Below are positions 17,654 through 27,823 of a DNA stretch of 64,000 bases, one piece after another. The stretch comes from an uncultured Pseudomonadales bacterium. GTDB lineage: Bacteria; Patescibacteriota; Microgenomatia; UBA1400; PJMF01. The first letter of the stretch is position 1; each line of letters begins with the position of its first letter. Position numbers and translations under genes: made by a program. Under the pieces are notes generated by a model that saw only the letters and a list, made by a program, of their open reading frames with translations, was not told the origin of the DNA and did no database searches. The DNA lies in assembly GCA_964556485.1 (NCBI GenBank), contig CAZKVV010000001.1, positions 148,551 to 212,550 of the forward strand, in the 5' to 3' direction.

Positions 17654-18856
17654 ATGCCATTTTTCAAATACAGTGCAAAAAACAGGTTTTCAGAAAATGT
17701 CACGGGAAAAGTAGAAGCTCAGAGTATTGATCAAGCCGCTTCTCTACTTCAAAGTCGTGATTTGTTGGTAATTAAGTTATCGCCATTGACCGAAGAATCT
17801 TTTGCAGCTATCCGCTCAATGTTGTTTGGAGTGAAGTATGACGATATTGTCAACTTTACTCGTCAGTTAGCGACAATGATTACGGCTGGATTACCACTAG
17901 CAAATGGACTGTCAATTTTGGTTCGTCAAAGCAAGCCAGAAATGTCAAAAATGGTTGCAGTCTTGTTGCAAGATGTTGAAGGTGGAAATACTTTTGCAAC
18001 CTCACTAGAAAAGCATCGCAAACAGTTTAGTACTATCTATATTCAGTTGGTGCGCGCAGGTGAAACCGGCGGTGTTTTAGATGAAGTGCTCAACCGTCTT
18101 GCTGACAATATGGAGAAAGAAAAAGAGTTCCGTGGCAAAACCAAAGGTGCCATGATTTATCCTACCATCGTGATTATGGCTATGTTTGCCGTCGGAATTA
18201 TCATGATGATTTTTGTGATTCCAAAGCTTACCGAAATGTACAAAGATTTTGGTGCTCAGTTGCCGTTACCTACATTAATACTCATGGGTATCTCAGATTT
18301 TATGGTCAAATTTTGGTATATTATGCTTGTCGGTGGCATTGGTGGTAGTGTGCTTTTTGGCAGATGGCGAAAGACAAAAATTGGTCGATTAAAGTGGGAC
18401 CGATTTATGTTGCGCATCCCTATCTTTGGCGTCCTTCGTCAAAAAGTAGTACTGACTGAATTTGCTCGTACGCTCTCACTTTTGCTAGGTGCTGGCATCT
18501 CACTTTTACAAGCAATGCAAATCGTGACTGATGGTGTTGATAATGTGATTTATCACAATGCACTTGCAGACGCTACAAAAGAAATTGAAAAAGGTGTATC
18601 ACTTTCACAGGCGTTAGCACGCCACGATGACTTTCCTCCTATTCTGCATCAAATGATGAGTGTGGGTGAGGAAACAGGTAAGCTTGATGATGTGCTGTTT
18701 AAACTTTCTCGTTACTTTGAATCTGAAGCTGAGCAGGCTGTCAAAAATTTAACAGCTGCTATGGAGCCACTGATTATGGTGGTGCTTGGTGTAGGTGTCG
18801 GAGCCATGGTTATAGCCGTGATTATGCCAATCTATAACTTAACATCTCAATTCTAA
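17654..18856 (+). CDS. pilC: Type IV pilus platform protein PilC (GspF family)
   Basis: FTRQLATMITAGLP, GETGG.LD, AMIYP and VGEETGKLD. Confidence 0.95.
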   Translation: MPFFKYSAKNRFSENVTGKVEAQSIDQAASLLQSRDLLVIKLSPLTEESFAAIRSMLFGVKYDDIVNFTRQLATMITAGLPLANGLSILVRQSKPEMSKMVAVLLQDVEGGNTFATSLEKHRKQFSTIYIQLVRAGETGGVLDEVLNRLADNMEKEKEFRGKTKGAMIYPTIVIMAMFAVGIIMMIFVIPKLTEMYKDFGAQLPLPTLILMGISDFMVKFWYIMLVGGIGGSVLFGRWRKTKIGRLKWDRFMLRIPIFGVLRQKVVLTEFARTLSLLLGAGISLLQAMQIVTDGVDNVIYHNALADATKEIEKGVSLSQALARHDDFPPILHQMMSVGEETGKLDDVLFKLSRYFESEAEQAVKNLTAAMEPLIMVVLGVGVGAMVIAVIMPIYNLTSQF

Positions 18857-18936
18857 GTAACGCTCCCGAAACAAATACGAATAAAATAGGTCAGAAAAAA
18901 GATTGATTTATAGCGTAAAACTAAAAGAGGTCAAAA

Positions 18937-18963
18937 TTAGCAGTCTGGCACTGAGACTGCTAA
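18937..18963. promoter_or_regulatory. CIRCE-like inverted repeat (putative HrcA operator), copy 2
   Basis: TTAGCAGTC-TGGCACTGA-GACTGCTAA; arms identical to copy 1, spacer different. Confidence 0.6.
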
Positions 18964-19083
18964 AAGCTTATAGCATACTTGATAGCCAAGTTCCCTACTT
19001 GCTAAGCAACCTCGATATGTTATACAGTGGAGACATACCAAAAAGTGCCTACGTAATAAGTACTAATTGAAAAGGTGCCAAAT

Positions 19084-19752
19084 ATGAGACTGTCTAAACA
19101 TTCTTTGTTATCAATACCAAAAAGTATGAGTGGTTTTACCATGATCGAACTACTGATCGTGATTGCCATTCTTGGTATTTTAGCTGTAGCCGTGCTTTCG
19201 GCCATTAATCCTGTCGAACAGATTAATAGAGGTAGAGACACTGGTTCACGTTCAGATGCTGAACAGCTCCTCAGTGCTGTAGATAGATTTAACGCTTTCC
19301 AAGGGTACTTCCCATGGGTCTCAGCCCCAGCAGACGATTCTACATTAGATGATGGTGCTGCTGGTCCATTAGTTGTCGACGATGCTTGGTTTGCGTATGA
19401 CGGTGGTACTCTAACAGACTGTCAAGTTCTAGACAGACTTGCTGAAGGTGCTGTCGGTGGTACTGATCCATGTACTGGTTCGCAAGAACTTAAGATTTCA
19501 TTCACGCAAAGAGTCACTGGCGGTTCGTATAATCCATTATTCATTTACAACCGAGGTGGTCAAGGTGACAGTACTTATGTATGTTTTGTACCTCAATCTG
19601 GAGCCTTTATTCAGGAAGCTGAAAACAGATGTGGCGATGAAGCTGGCGCTAATCTTCCAGGTGACTTAGCCCCAATTGCTGCTTCAGTATGTGGCGGTCA
19701 CTCAGCAGGTGCAGCACCTAATCCTGACAACATGATGGTTTGTTTACCATAA
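19084..19752 (+). CDS. Type IV pilin, probably the major pilin
   Basis: Prepilin cleavage site G/FTMIELLIVIAILGILA; own promoter (TTGCTA-17-TATACA) and strong terminator; start uncertain (19075, 19084 or 19126). Confidence 0.88.
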   Translation: MRLSKHSLLSIPKSMSGFTMIELLIVIAILGILAVAVLSAINPVEQINRGRDTGSRSDAEQLLSAVDRFNAFQGYFPWVSAPADDSTLDDGAAGPLVVDDAWFAYDGGTLTDCQVLDRLAEGAVGGTDPCTGSQELKISFTQRVTGGSYNPLFIYNRGGQGDSTYVCFVPQSGAFIQEAENRCGDEAGANLPGDLAPIAASVCGGHSAGAAPNPDNMMVCLP

Positions 19753-19775
19753 CAAACCTGTTCGTTTCGAAATTG

Positions 19776-19804
19776 AAACCAGCCGGTACTTCCCGGCTGG
19801 TTTT
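19776..19804 (+). terminator. Rho-independent terminator after the pilin gene
   Basis: AAACCAGCCGG/CCGGCTGGTTT stem followed by a T-tract. Confidence 0.85.
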
Positions 19805-19831
19805 GTAGTATAAATGCTATACTAATAACCC

Positions 19832-20650
19832 ATGCTTTTTGCACCCTTTTTACTAGCATTACTCTTTTTCTTAGTCCTTGGTGCTGTGATTGGGAGTTTT
19901 ATCAATGTGGTAATAATTCGCACAATTGAAGGTGAGTCCTGGGTTGCTGGTAGGTCGCGGTGCGACCATTGCCGTAAAAACATTGCTTGGTTTGACAACG
20001 TCCCTTTGATTTCTTTTTTCCTGCTGAAAGGAAAATGCCGCTATTGTAAAAAAAATATCGCCCTTTCGCACCCCGTTGTAGAGGCACTCACCGCCCTCCT
20101 CTTTGTGTGGTGGTACATTGGTTTGTTTTTTTTCTTTAAACTTACGCAAGAACCATTTGTGGTTTTGCAGCCTCTCTTTTGGTTAACTGTCGCTGTGATT
20201 CTATTAATCATTTTTTTCACCGACTTGTTAGTCCTGCTTATTCCAGACAAGTTGGTTTTGGCGCTGTCTGTGCTAGTGGTGGTATATCGCATAGCTCTTA
20301 TCTATTCCGGCATCATGCAGCCACGAGATTTTTTCTTGGCTTTGATTGGTATGGTTGTGTTAGTACTGTTTTTCTTTGCACTGTGGTTTTTCTCTGGTGG
20401 TCGAGGTCTTGGTTTTGGCGATGTAAAACTGATTGCGCCGTTGTCACTGCTGATGGGTTGGCCTGAAATGATTGTAGGTGTATTCACTGCGTTTTGTACT
20501 GGTGCAGTCGTTGGCTTATTCCTCGTTGCAACAAAGAGACACGCCCTTAAACAACCACTGCCATTTGGTCCGTTTTTAATCATTGGAACGATTGTTGCCT
20601 TGGTTTGGGGAAATGAGGTTATTGCTTGGTATTTACAGCTTTTTAGCTAG
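19832..20650 (+). CDS. pilD: Prepilin peptidase/N-methyltransferase
   Basis: GSFINVVI.R, two CxxC motifs, GLGFGDVKL and LPFGPFL. Confidence 0.95.
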   Translation: MLFAPFLLALLFFLVLGAVIGSFINVVIIRTIEGESWVAGRSRCDHCRKNIAWFDNVPLISFFLLKGKCRYCKKNIALSHPVVEALTALLFVWWYIGLFFFFKLTQEPFVVLQPLFWLTVAVILLIIFFTDLLVLLIPDKLVLALSVLVVVYRIALIYSGIMQPRDFFLALIGMVVLVLFFFALWFFSGGRGLGFGDVKLIAPLSLLMGWPEMIVGVFTAFCTGAVVGLFLVATKRHALKQPLPFGPFLIIGTIVALVWGNEVIAWYLQLFS

Positions 20651-20700
20651 TTTCTGTTGCGGGGGTGACAACTGCCTTATAACTCGCTACTATAGTATGT

Positions 20701-21651
20701 ATGCGGATTTTGTTGTCCATGCTGAAAGTTTTTTTTGCACTGCTAGTGTTAGCTGCTGTGGTTTTGTTAATATCAAGAGAGGCATTACTGATTTCTGCCA
20801 CACACGTAATTACCAGCTCACTGGGAGAGTTGCAGCGTGCAGGCACAAAAGGTACACACATTGGTCAATGTCAGAATCGTGGCTTTGGTTTTATTGATGG
20901 CTCGGAAGCAGTGATGCAACTTCGCTTTTTGAGTGACACCGAGTTTGTTCTAGAAGTAAAGTGTTCTGAAAATTCAACTGAAGCAATTTTAATTTCGAGA
21001 AAGAATTTGCCCCCATTTGTTACGAAAGTGCAAGGCGGCTCTGGATTTCCACTGTTTGGCAGAAGTGCGATTAAGATTGAGGTATTTAGATCGTTTGAAA
21101 CGATGTTAAAGTCGGTGCTCTTTTTTGAGCCGACCTTTTTGCTTCGCAGTAAAACAATTGCTGCTGAAGATGGCTTTATAATTGAAGACTTCTCCCCTTT
21201 TGATTTTGAAAATGGTCCGATTACTTCTTGTAGTGGATATGGTTATTTTTGTTGTGACGCAGTGGCAGAAAAAGGTGCTGGTGAACAAATCATAGGATTA
21301 AATGGTTGCGAAGAACGCTGTTATGCCAGTTGTGTGGCTCGACCTCTAGTTCTTTCATTTACAACCAATCCGTTTTTTGACTTCAAAACAAGAAAATTGT
21401 CTCTGAGAAATGGTGAAACTGTTGAGTTCTCGTATGTAGTTGATACTCCAGCAGGGACTACAGCGACGGCAACATTTGATTTTGGAGATGGTGAAACTAG
21501 CACTGCCGAAGGTGAAAATGGAACAGTTAGTCATACCTATTCATGTCCTAATACCACATGTGAGTATCCAGCATCAATACAGGTTATTGATAATTGGGGC
21601 ATAGAGTCGATCATTTCAGATGTTAGCAAGCTGATGGTGGTTGTAGAATAA
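20701..21651 (+). CDS. Membrane-anchored protein with a C-terminal PKD domain
   Basis: N-terminal TM helix, Cys-rich segment, FDFGDG...SHTY PKD signature. Confidence 0.75.
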   Translation: MRILLSMLKVFFALLVLAAVVLLISREALLISATHVITSSLGELQRAGTKGTHIGQCQNRGFGFIDGSEAVMQLRFLSDTEFVLEVKCSENSTEAILISRKNLPPFVTKVQGGSGFPLFGRSAIKIEVFRSFETMLKSVLFFEPTFLLRSKTIAAEDGFIIEDFSPFDFENGPITSCSGYGYFCCDAVAEKGAGEQIIGLNGCEERCYASCVARPLVLSFTTNPFFDFKTRKLSLRNGETVEFSYVVDTPAGTTATATFDFGDGETSTAEGENGTVSHTYSCPNTTCEYPASIQVIDNWGIESIISDVSKLMVVVE

Positions 21652-21727
21652 CTCATAACCCACTCCCCTTGCTTTTTGCCTGCATTTCTGCCTAGAATGA
21701 AGCTATATATATCAAGGGACAAGATAC

Positions 21728-22183
21728 ATGCACAAACTACTTCAAAAAAGAAATCGTGGTTTTACTTTACTCGAGCTATTAGTAGTTATTTCGATCATTG
21801 GTATTCTTATTGCAATCAGTGCTGCAGCATTCACAACAGCACAGCAAAAAGCTCGTAATGCAAAACGACAAGGTGATGTTAACGCAATGGCAAAGGCTTT
21901 TGAACAGTATTACGCTATAAACGGTAGTAGCTATGCCGCTACTTGTGGGGCAATGGCTGGTGCATTGCAAGGTGGCATCATACCCTCCGATCCCAAGACC
22001 GGTGTCCGATACGATGTTGGTGGTTCATGCGTATCTGACACTGTAGCAAATACCTACTGTGTTTGTGCTACTCTAGAGCCCACAGGCACAACTGCGGGCA
22101 ACAGTAATGCTACCGCAAATGCCACTTGCTCTGGCCTCTCAGCGGGGAGTGGGCAGTATTTCTGTATAAAGAATCAACAATAG
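21728..22183 (+). CDS. Type IV pilin (GspG-like)
   Basis: G/FTLLELLVVISIIGIL...ARNAKR..D; several C-terminal Cys residues. Confidence 0.9.
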   Translation: MHKLLQKRNRGFTLLELLVVISIIGILIAISAAAFTTAQQKARNAKRQGDVNAMAKAFEQYYAINGSSYAATCGAMAGALQGGIIPSDPKTGVRYDVGGSCVSDTVANTYCVCATLEPTGTTAGNSNATANATCSGLSAGSGQYFCIKNQQ

Positions 22184-22191
22184 GAGTATTC

Positions 22192-22647
22192 ATGAAACGC
22201 AAGAACACGCAAAAAGGGTTTAGTTTGATAGAACTCCTGGTGGTTTCAACAGTGATTATTGTGATTACAACTATTGGTTTAGTGAGTTTTACTAGCGCTG
22301 GCAAAGGTGCGCGTGATGGCAAGCGTAAAGCCGATTTGGAGGCAGTACGACAAGCCTTGGTGCTCTATAAAGCAGATGGCAACGCCTATCCAACTGGGGC
22401 TGGAACAAATGGTAGTTATGTTACTGTTTCTGCTTCTCTCATAAGTGCGGGCTATCTTAGCAATCCTCGTCCTGATGATCCAAAAAATACGGCTCCCTAT
22501 CAATATTCATACTATGCTCCTGCGACTGGCGATAGCTTTTGTTTATGTGCTTATGCGGAAGATGATGATATAGCCAACCAAAGTGCTACAAACTGCCCAC
22601 TGCTTGGTTTGAGCACGCCAGCATACTACTGTGTGCAGAATCCATAA
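22192..22647 (+). CDS. Type IV pilin (GspG-like)
   Basis: G/FSLIELLVV...ARDGKRKADL; ATG at 22192 after GGAG. Confidence 0.9.
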   Translation: MKRKNTQKGFSLIELLVVSTVIIVITTIGLVSFTSAGKGARDGKRKADLEAVRQALVLYKADGNAYPTGAGTNGSYVTVSASLISAGYLSNPRPDDPKNTAPYQYSYYAPATGDSFCLCAYAEDDDIANQSATNCPLLGLSTPAYYCVQNP

Positions 22648-22650
22648 CGT

Positions 22651-23178
22651 ATGAGACTGCCCAAACTCAACACACGAGGATTTTCACTCTTAGAAATGAT
22701 TATTACTGTTTCGATAGTGTTGATTGTATTTGGTGGAGGTCTAGCAGCTTTTATTCGTTTTAACGACCGACAGCGCGTGCAAGCCACAGCCAATGATATT
22801 AAGCAGTTTATAAAAAGTGCTCAGACCAGAGCACGTGTTCGAGATAACCCCGATCAGGCTGGTTGTAACCAGTTGCAGGGCTATCGAGTGACAACAACTG
22901 GTTCGTTAGCAATCATGAATTTGTTATGTGGTGCCACAAAGTTTTCGAATGCACCAGGGATTCAGAGAGCAACGTATACCGTTCAAAGCGGTATTACTGT
23001 CACAAGCATGTCAATCAACTTTTACACTCTCGAAGGTTCTGCAAATGTTATTACACCAGCAGATAATAAGATTAGGGTGAATGGCACCAATGCCTACTAC
23101 TTGTTTAGAGTTGAAGAATCTGGAGAGATTACAGAGGGTTGTTTTGTGACTACAGCAACCAGTGATACGTGTCTGTAA
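22651..23178 (+). CDS. Minor pilin (FimU/GspH-like)
   Basis: G/FSLLEMIIT...AQTRA. Confidence 0.85.
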   Translation: MRLPKLNTRGFSLLEMIITVSIVLIVFGGGLAAFIRFNDRQRVQATANDIKQFIKSAQTRARVRDNPDQAGCNQLQGYRVTTTGSLAIMNLLCGATKFSNAPGIQRATYTVQSGITVTSMSINFYTLEGSANVITPADNKIRVNGTNAYYLFRVEESGEITEGCFVTTATSDTCL

Positions 23179-23191
23179 GAATATGGTGCAT

Positions 23192-23659
23192 ATGAAAAAG
23201 ATAAAGCGACTCAGGTTTCAAATGGGCTCCACACTGGTGGAGTTACTCATTGCCATGATGATTGTTGGCACCATTGTAACGGCTGTTGCAGCAGGAGTTA
23301 CTTCTTCAGTTAAGAACAATGCTGAAGCGAGATATCGTGAAGTTGCAACTAATCTCGGTCAAGAGGTATTGGAAGTGATGCGCAAAGAACGTTCTCAACT
23401 TGGATGGGTGCACTTTTATCAAGCCCTCTCTGGTACGCAGTACTGTGTACCAGCAGGAGTGCGAGATGTAACTGGTTTTCTATCCGGATCAAGTTGCACT
23501 GTTACAGAAGCAAATACTACTTTTAGTCGAATACTGAGCATTACTAAAACTGGAGGCAATGAGCTTTCCGCTACGGTGACAGTGACCTGGGTTAGATCAC
23601 CTGGTAACACGAGTCAAATTACACTTACACAAGAATTCAGGGAAGCAAGTAGAAACTAA
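23192..23659 (+). CDS. Minor pilin (PilV-like)
   Basis: G/STLVELLIAM...ATNLGQEVLE..R and TVTVTW; start uncertain. Confidence 0.85.
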   Translation: MKKIKRLRFQMGSTLVELLIAMMIVGTIVTAVAAGVTSSVKNNAEARYREVATNLGQEVLEVMRKERSQLGWVHFYQALSGTQYCVPAGVRDVTGFLSGSSCTVTEANTTFSRILSITKTGGNELSATVTVTWVRSPGNTSQITLTQEFREASRN

Positions 23660-23671
23660 CCATTTCTGTTG

Positions 23672-24208
23672 TTAATTTCTCAACACAACCGTGGCAGCAA
23701 AGCTTTCCGTGCTAGCAGGCGTGGCTGCGGTTTGATTAATCGTTGGCGCAACTTTATCTAATTGAAAAGATATATCAACATAGCGAGAGCCATCAGCATT
23801 CTCGTAACAATCAAAAACTAATTGTCGTGCGGCAACGGCATTTGAAGTCAGGAAGGCGCTGTTAGAGGCAATTTTACCAGTTACGTCTAACTGAAGTTCT
23901 GTAGTGCCGCCATTGATCGCATCGAAGGCAATGCTGTCCATACCTGTTTGGCAAATTTGTCCAGTTGCATTGTCAACGAGAGTGTATGAGTTTCTAAGTA
24001 AAAATTCCATTTGTCCGAGGGCATAACTGCCTTCAACCTTAAGTGTGTTTTTGGTATTCGTTTTAGCATTACTGATTAAAAAAGTCATGAACATTGACGA
24101 CACAGTGAGGATGAGAATCACCATTAGCGAAGTAACAATCATCAATTCTATCAGTGTAAAACCATGCTGCTTAGTAATATGGTTGGAGAACTGGGCAATT
24201 TTTGGCAT
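23672..24208 (-). CDS. Minor pilin (PilW-like)
   Basis: G/FTLIELMIV. The ATG is the reverse complement of cat at 24206-24208 and the stop is tta at 23672-23674, so the gene is on the minus strand although the ORF track labels it +. Confidence 0.88.
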   Translation of the reverse strand: MPKIAQFSNHITKQHGFTLIELMIVTSLMVILILTVSSMFMTFLISNAKTNTKNTLKVEGSYALGQMEFLLRNSYTLVDNATGQICQTGMDSIAFDAINGGTTELQLDVTGKIASNSAFLTSNAVAARQLVFDCYENADGSRYVDISFQLDKVAPTINQTAATPASTESFAATVVLRN

Positions 24209-27200
24209 CTAGTTTACTTCCTGCCAGATTAGTCCTGGGGCCATGAGGAGTTCGGGCGTCGTTTCTACAAAGTCAGGTCGATATACAAATACAGAGATTG
24301 GATTGAGGTTATTTAGTGCTGCGGAGAGCGCGTTTGATGTATTCGCATAATCGCGCGTGAGAGCAATCCCACTCCAACCTACAAATGTGCCAGCACCAAT
24401 GAATTTACGGTTCTGAATTGCTGGACTCACGTGTGATGCCACGGAAATACTACCATCTGCGACATAGACACCTTCAATATTGGTAACATCAGAAACTGGA
24501 GTAGTAGGATCTAAAAAGCCGACAGTTTCACTAATGGTGATATTTCCGCCAACAATAAATGCTACGTAGCCACCTTGTTCGACCTTGATTAACTCATCAA
24601 GATTATTGGTGTTAGAGATAGTAAGGTCATCACGAACAAAGATAATTCTTCTCTCCCCCGTAGCAATGCTTATTGTAGAAGCAACGTTTGGATCAATTGT
24701 TAAGCTGCCTTCACGATATGAGACTTGTGTGCCGTCGTTAGTATCAGTGAAGCCAACGGTGAGTTGCGTCTTGGTGTTAATGGTAGCGCTAGCAATCTTT
24801 GTCATGCCTGCAAGATCGAAATTGCGCGCAAAGTATGTGTAATCTTGCCTGAGTGCTCTCGAGAAATCAGCCCCTTCTGCTTTGTAGTTTGTCGAAGGTG
24901 GTGTGGCGCCTACATCTGATTCACGGTAATATCCAGCATTACTACTACCGCTACTAATAGTGCCAGAAGCTGCAATAGCTATTCCAGCAGTTTTGTTTGC
25001 ATTTGTCACATCCCTGATTGTAATGTAAGGCGTGCAGATTCCCGTGCCATCTGCAACACATTGATCGGTGATATTTGATACAACTCCGTTGTTGGTTGCA
25101 TAGATGAGCCCTCCAACTCCTTGCCACCATGGACCGTTACTAAGGTCGTATTGTTCGGCATAAAAAGTTACGCCGGTGCGTGGATTTGCTAGTCCTGTGT
25201 ATTGACAGGTAAAAGGATCTGCACCAGGAGCTGGACAAGCGCAGGCTGCGGTGTTAGTAATGTCTGAATTAGTGAAGGTTGAGCTAACAGTCACTGTCCC
25301 CCAGTTGCTCGTGGGTGTGTACGCAGCACCAGTGATGGTGTATGCAAAAGCTGCTCCATTGAAGTTTACATTTGCAGTTATTGGAGTAAAACCACCAGAA
25401 ACGGTACCAGTGACGACGGCAGTAACACCAGGAGCTGGGATTACTGCTGAGCCTCCATTACTACAGATTCCACCAACTATGCTATAACTACCATCTCCAA
25501 GGTAGATGCTCCCAGTCAGATTGGCGATTAAACTAAAGTCAGTAGCTGTTGCCCAGTTTCCATTCTGTGTACCGCATGACGTATTGCGAGCTCTGACGGA
25601 AAAACTGAGATCTCTGCCAGTAGCATACTCGTTTTGAACGTTCGAAATGGTGCGGTTGAGTGTTGAGAAAGTTACTGTGTCGTAGAACATTACATCAGCG
25701 CTGGTTGTACGAACTGCCCAGGCAGCTGTTGGGTTGGCAAAGTCGCCAGTATCCCAGACAATCACATCATATTCATCAACATAGCTAGCTCCAGTTGTAG
25801 GCGCACCCCAACCTAGTGTGATTTGGTTGGCAGTATTGGTCATATTGTATGCTCCTGAGGGAGTTAGATTTGTTGGTGTACCTGGAGTACCAGTTGGACA
25901 AGAAGTGATTTGAACAGGGATTGAACAAGTAGAGCAGTTATTGCTTGGATAGCACATTGCAACACTTGGGTTACCGCTACACCACTCGCCATCTTCGCCA
26001 TAAATATTGGCAGTTACCATATAATTCCCCGCACTCAGTCCGGAAATATCCCAACCGTGAGTGCCATTTGCACTGTATAAATAGTTAGAGTTGCTGGCGT
26101 TGTTCGCGGGTTGCCATGCTGGGGTTGGAGCACAGTAGTTGCCTTGCTGTGAAGTATAGAAAAAGCGGACGTTGGCAACGTCGGTTGTCCAATTTTTATA
26201 AAGCCTCACGTTATCATAATATACTGGCCAAGTAGTGCCGTTTGATGGAGGTCTAAGTATTACTCGTATTTGAGATTCATTGTAGCCCGGATAGTTGGTT
26301 AGACTGAAAGTATGTTCAAACTCCTGCCATTCAGAAGCAGATAGTGTAATTGGTGTTGTATACAAAGTTGAAGGCGGATTTGTCCAGTCTCCACCACTTG
26401 GGTAGGCTTGTATCTGCATGTTAACTGTATTAGCCGTTGAAGAGTGTGCTTTAGCCATGAATTTGAGAGTGAATGATCTGCCGTTTATGTTTTCACCAAC
26501 ATCAATAAAGTTGCTTGCTGCATATGAGTCTCCGGCTGCAGCCCTGGCCATAGCAAAATAATAGCGCCCGTCTGCCGGTGGGCCGTTTAGAAGTGAATCA
26601 GGAGTCCAAAATGCACCTAAGTTATGTTGTATCCACCCATTTGTATTAGCTAATTCGAATGAGTGATTGCCATCGCCAATAATGTAGCCATAGTTTGCGC
26701 CTTCGTAAAAAGAATCGACTGTAATTGGAATGGTGCCAGCGCTCACGTCATAGGTGCCTTGTGGAATGCTAAATCCTTCACAAATAGGGATGGTTGGCAT
26801 TGGATCGCCAGGATCTGGAATTGGTGGGCCTGTGACTTCTATTGTTGATGTGGCGCTACCTGCCATGTAGGTGCCAGGAGTGAGATTCATTTCGCAGCTG
26901 GCTGTGATGATTGCGGTTCCAGTGCTGATTGGAGAAATAACGGTTTGATATGGGGTTGTTGCATCGGAAGGAGATAGGACGCTAGCAACTCCTCCGTTGC
27001 TGTTTGTAAAATTAACTCTACTAACCGAGCCGCCTGTTGAAGTAACACTTGCAGTTAGCGTTGTGCTTGAGCCACCAACTGTGAGGCCAGCAGTTGTTGG
27101 TGAGAGAGTGACTGAGCAACTATTATTTGAATTACATGTGTTTCCACAGTCAACTGGACAGTTGCAGTCTGTTTCTTGTCTGCAAACTGCTGTTCCTTGT

Positions 27201-27823
27201 TCACAAATGCCATTTCCGCACCAGCCACAAGAGCCGCAAGTGCCGCAGTCTTGTCCACAACTTGAGCAGGTCTCCGGAGCCAAGCATAAGAGGTCGCCAC
27301 AGTATCCAGGTGGTTGTGGCGTGTTTGGAGGATTGCTTGGAGTTGGGGTTGGGGTTGGTTGGGGATTTGGAGGGTAATTGCAGCAACTGAGATCTCCACC
27401 CTGAGGTGAGAGAGTACTACAGTCTCCTTGAGTGCCAAGGCAAGTGCCTGTATAAGGCGCGGAGGGACCGCAGTTGCCGCCAACATTTGTACATGCTAAT
27501 CCACCGGCACTGCAGTTACCCGATCCTCCAGGGATGGTATACATGTTGCATCCATTTTTTCCTGGGGCATAGCTGTAACAAGTTCCCGATCCTCCATTTG
27601 TTGAGCATGTGTGAGGGTAATATTGTTGGTCGGTAGTATCATCATTGAGACAATGAGTCGTGCCATTTGTACAATCACGAATTCTCCAGTAGGTATTCGT
27701 ACCTGTGCAGGTTCCACCGTCGCCACATTGAGTGTCTGCCAATGTTTTACTTGGTACTAAAAAAAAGCTCGCTGCTAATAAAATGGCAATTAGTTGATGT
27801 AAAATGGCGCCTTTAGTTTTCAT
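24209..27823 (-). CDS. Large secreted multidomain protein, putative pilus-associated adhesin
   Basis: Signal peptide, Cys-rich repeats (CGDLLC...CGQDCG), Pro/Thr linker, Ig-like, CBM-like and FN3-like segments, beta-rich C-terminus; stop abuts the PilW-like ATG. Confidence 0.8.
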   Translation of the reverse strand: MKTKGAILHQLIAILLAASFFLVPSKTLADTQCGDGGTCTGTNTYWRIRDCTNGTTHCLNDDTTDQQYYPHTCSTNGGSGTCYSYAPGKNGCNMYTIPGGSGNCSAGGLACTNVGGNCGPSAPYTGTCLGTQGDCSTLSPQGGDLSCCNYPPNPQPTPTPTPSNPPNTPQPPGYCGDLLCLAPETCSSCGQDCGTCGSCGWCGNGICEQGTAVCRQETDCNCPVDCGNTCNSNNSCSVTLSPTTAGLTVGGSSTTLTASVTSTGGSVSRVNFTNSNGGVASVLSPSDATTPYQTVISPISTGTAIITASCEMNLTPGTYMAGSATSTIEVTGPPIPDPGDPMPTIPICEGFSIPQGTYDVSAGTIPITVDSFYEGANYGYIIGDGNHSFELANTNGWIQHNLGAFWTPDSLLNGPPADGRYYFAMARAAAGDSYAASNFIDVGENINGRSFTLKFMAKAHSSTANTVNMQIQAYPSGGDWTNPPSTLYTTPITLSASEWQEFEHTFSLTNYPGYNESQIRVILRPPSNGTTWPVYYDNVRLYKNWTTDVANVRFFYTSQQGNYCAPTPAWQPANNASNSNYLYSANGTHGWDISGLSAGNYMVTANIYGEDGEWCSGNPSVAMCYPSNNCSTCSIPVQITSCPTGTPGTPTNLTPSGAYNMTNTANQITLGWGAPTTGASYVDEYDVIVWDTGDFANPTAAWAVRTTSADVMFYDTVTFSTLNRTISNVQNEYATGRDLSFSVRARNTSCGTQNGNWATATDFSLIANLTGSIYLGDGSYSIVGGICSNGGSAVIPAPGVTAVVTGTVSGGFTPITANVNFNGAAFAYTITGAAYTPTSNWGTVTVSSTFTNSDITNTAACACPAPGADPFTCQYTGLANPRTGVTFYAEQYDLSNGPWWQGVGGLIYATNNGVVSNITDQCVADGTGICTPYITIRDVTNANKTAGIAIAASGTISSGSSNAGYYRESDVGATPPSTNYKAEGADFSRALRQDYTYFARNFDLAGMTKIASATINTKTQLTVGFTDTNDGTQVSYREGSLTIDPNVASTISIATGERRIIFVRDDLTISNTNNLDELIKVEQGGYVAFIVGGNITISETVGFLDPTTPVSDVTNIEGVYVADGSISVASHVSPAIQNRKFIGAGTFVGWSGIALTRDYANTSNALSAALNNLNPISVFVYRPDFVETTPELLMAPGLIWQEVN

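Noticed and set aside
23672-24208. ORF-track label of + strand for the PilW-like pilin
   Set aside because: The listed protein MPKIAQF... reads only from the reverse complement (cat at 24206-24208), so the gene is on the minus strand.
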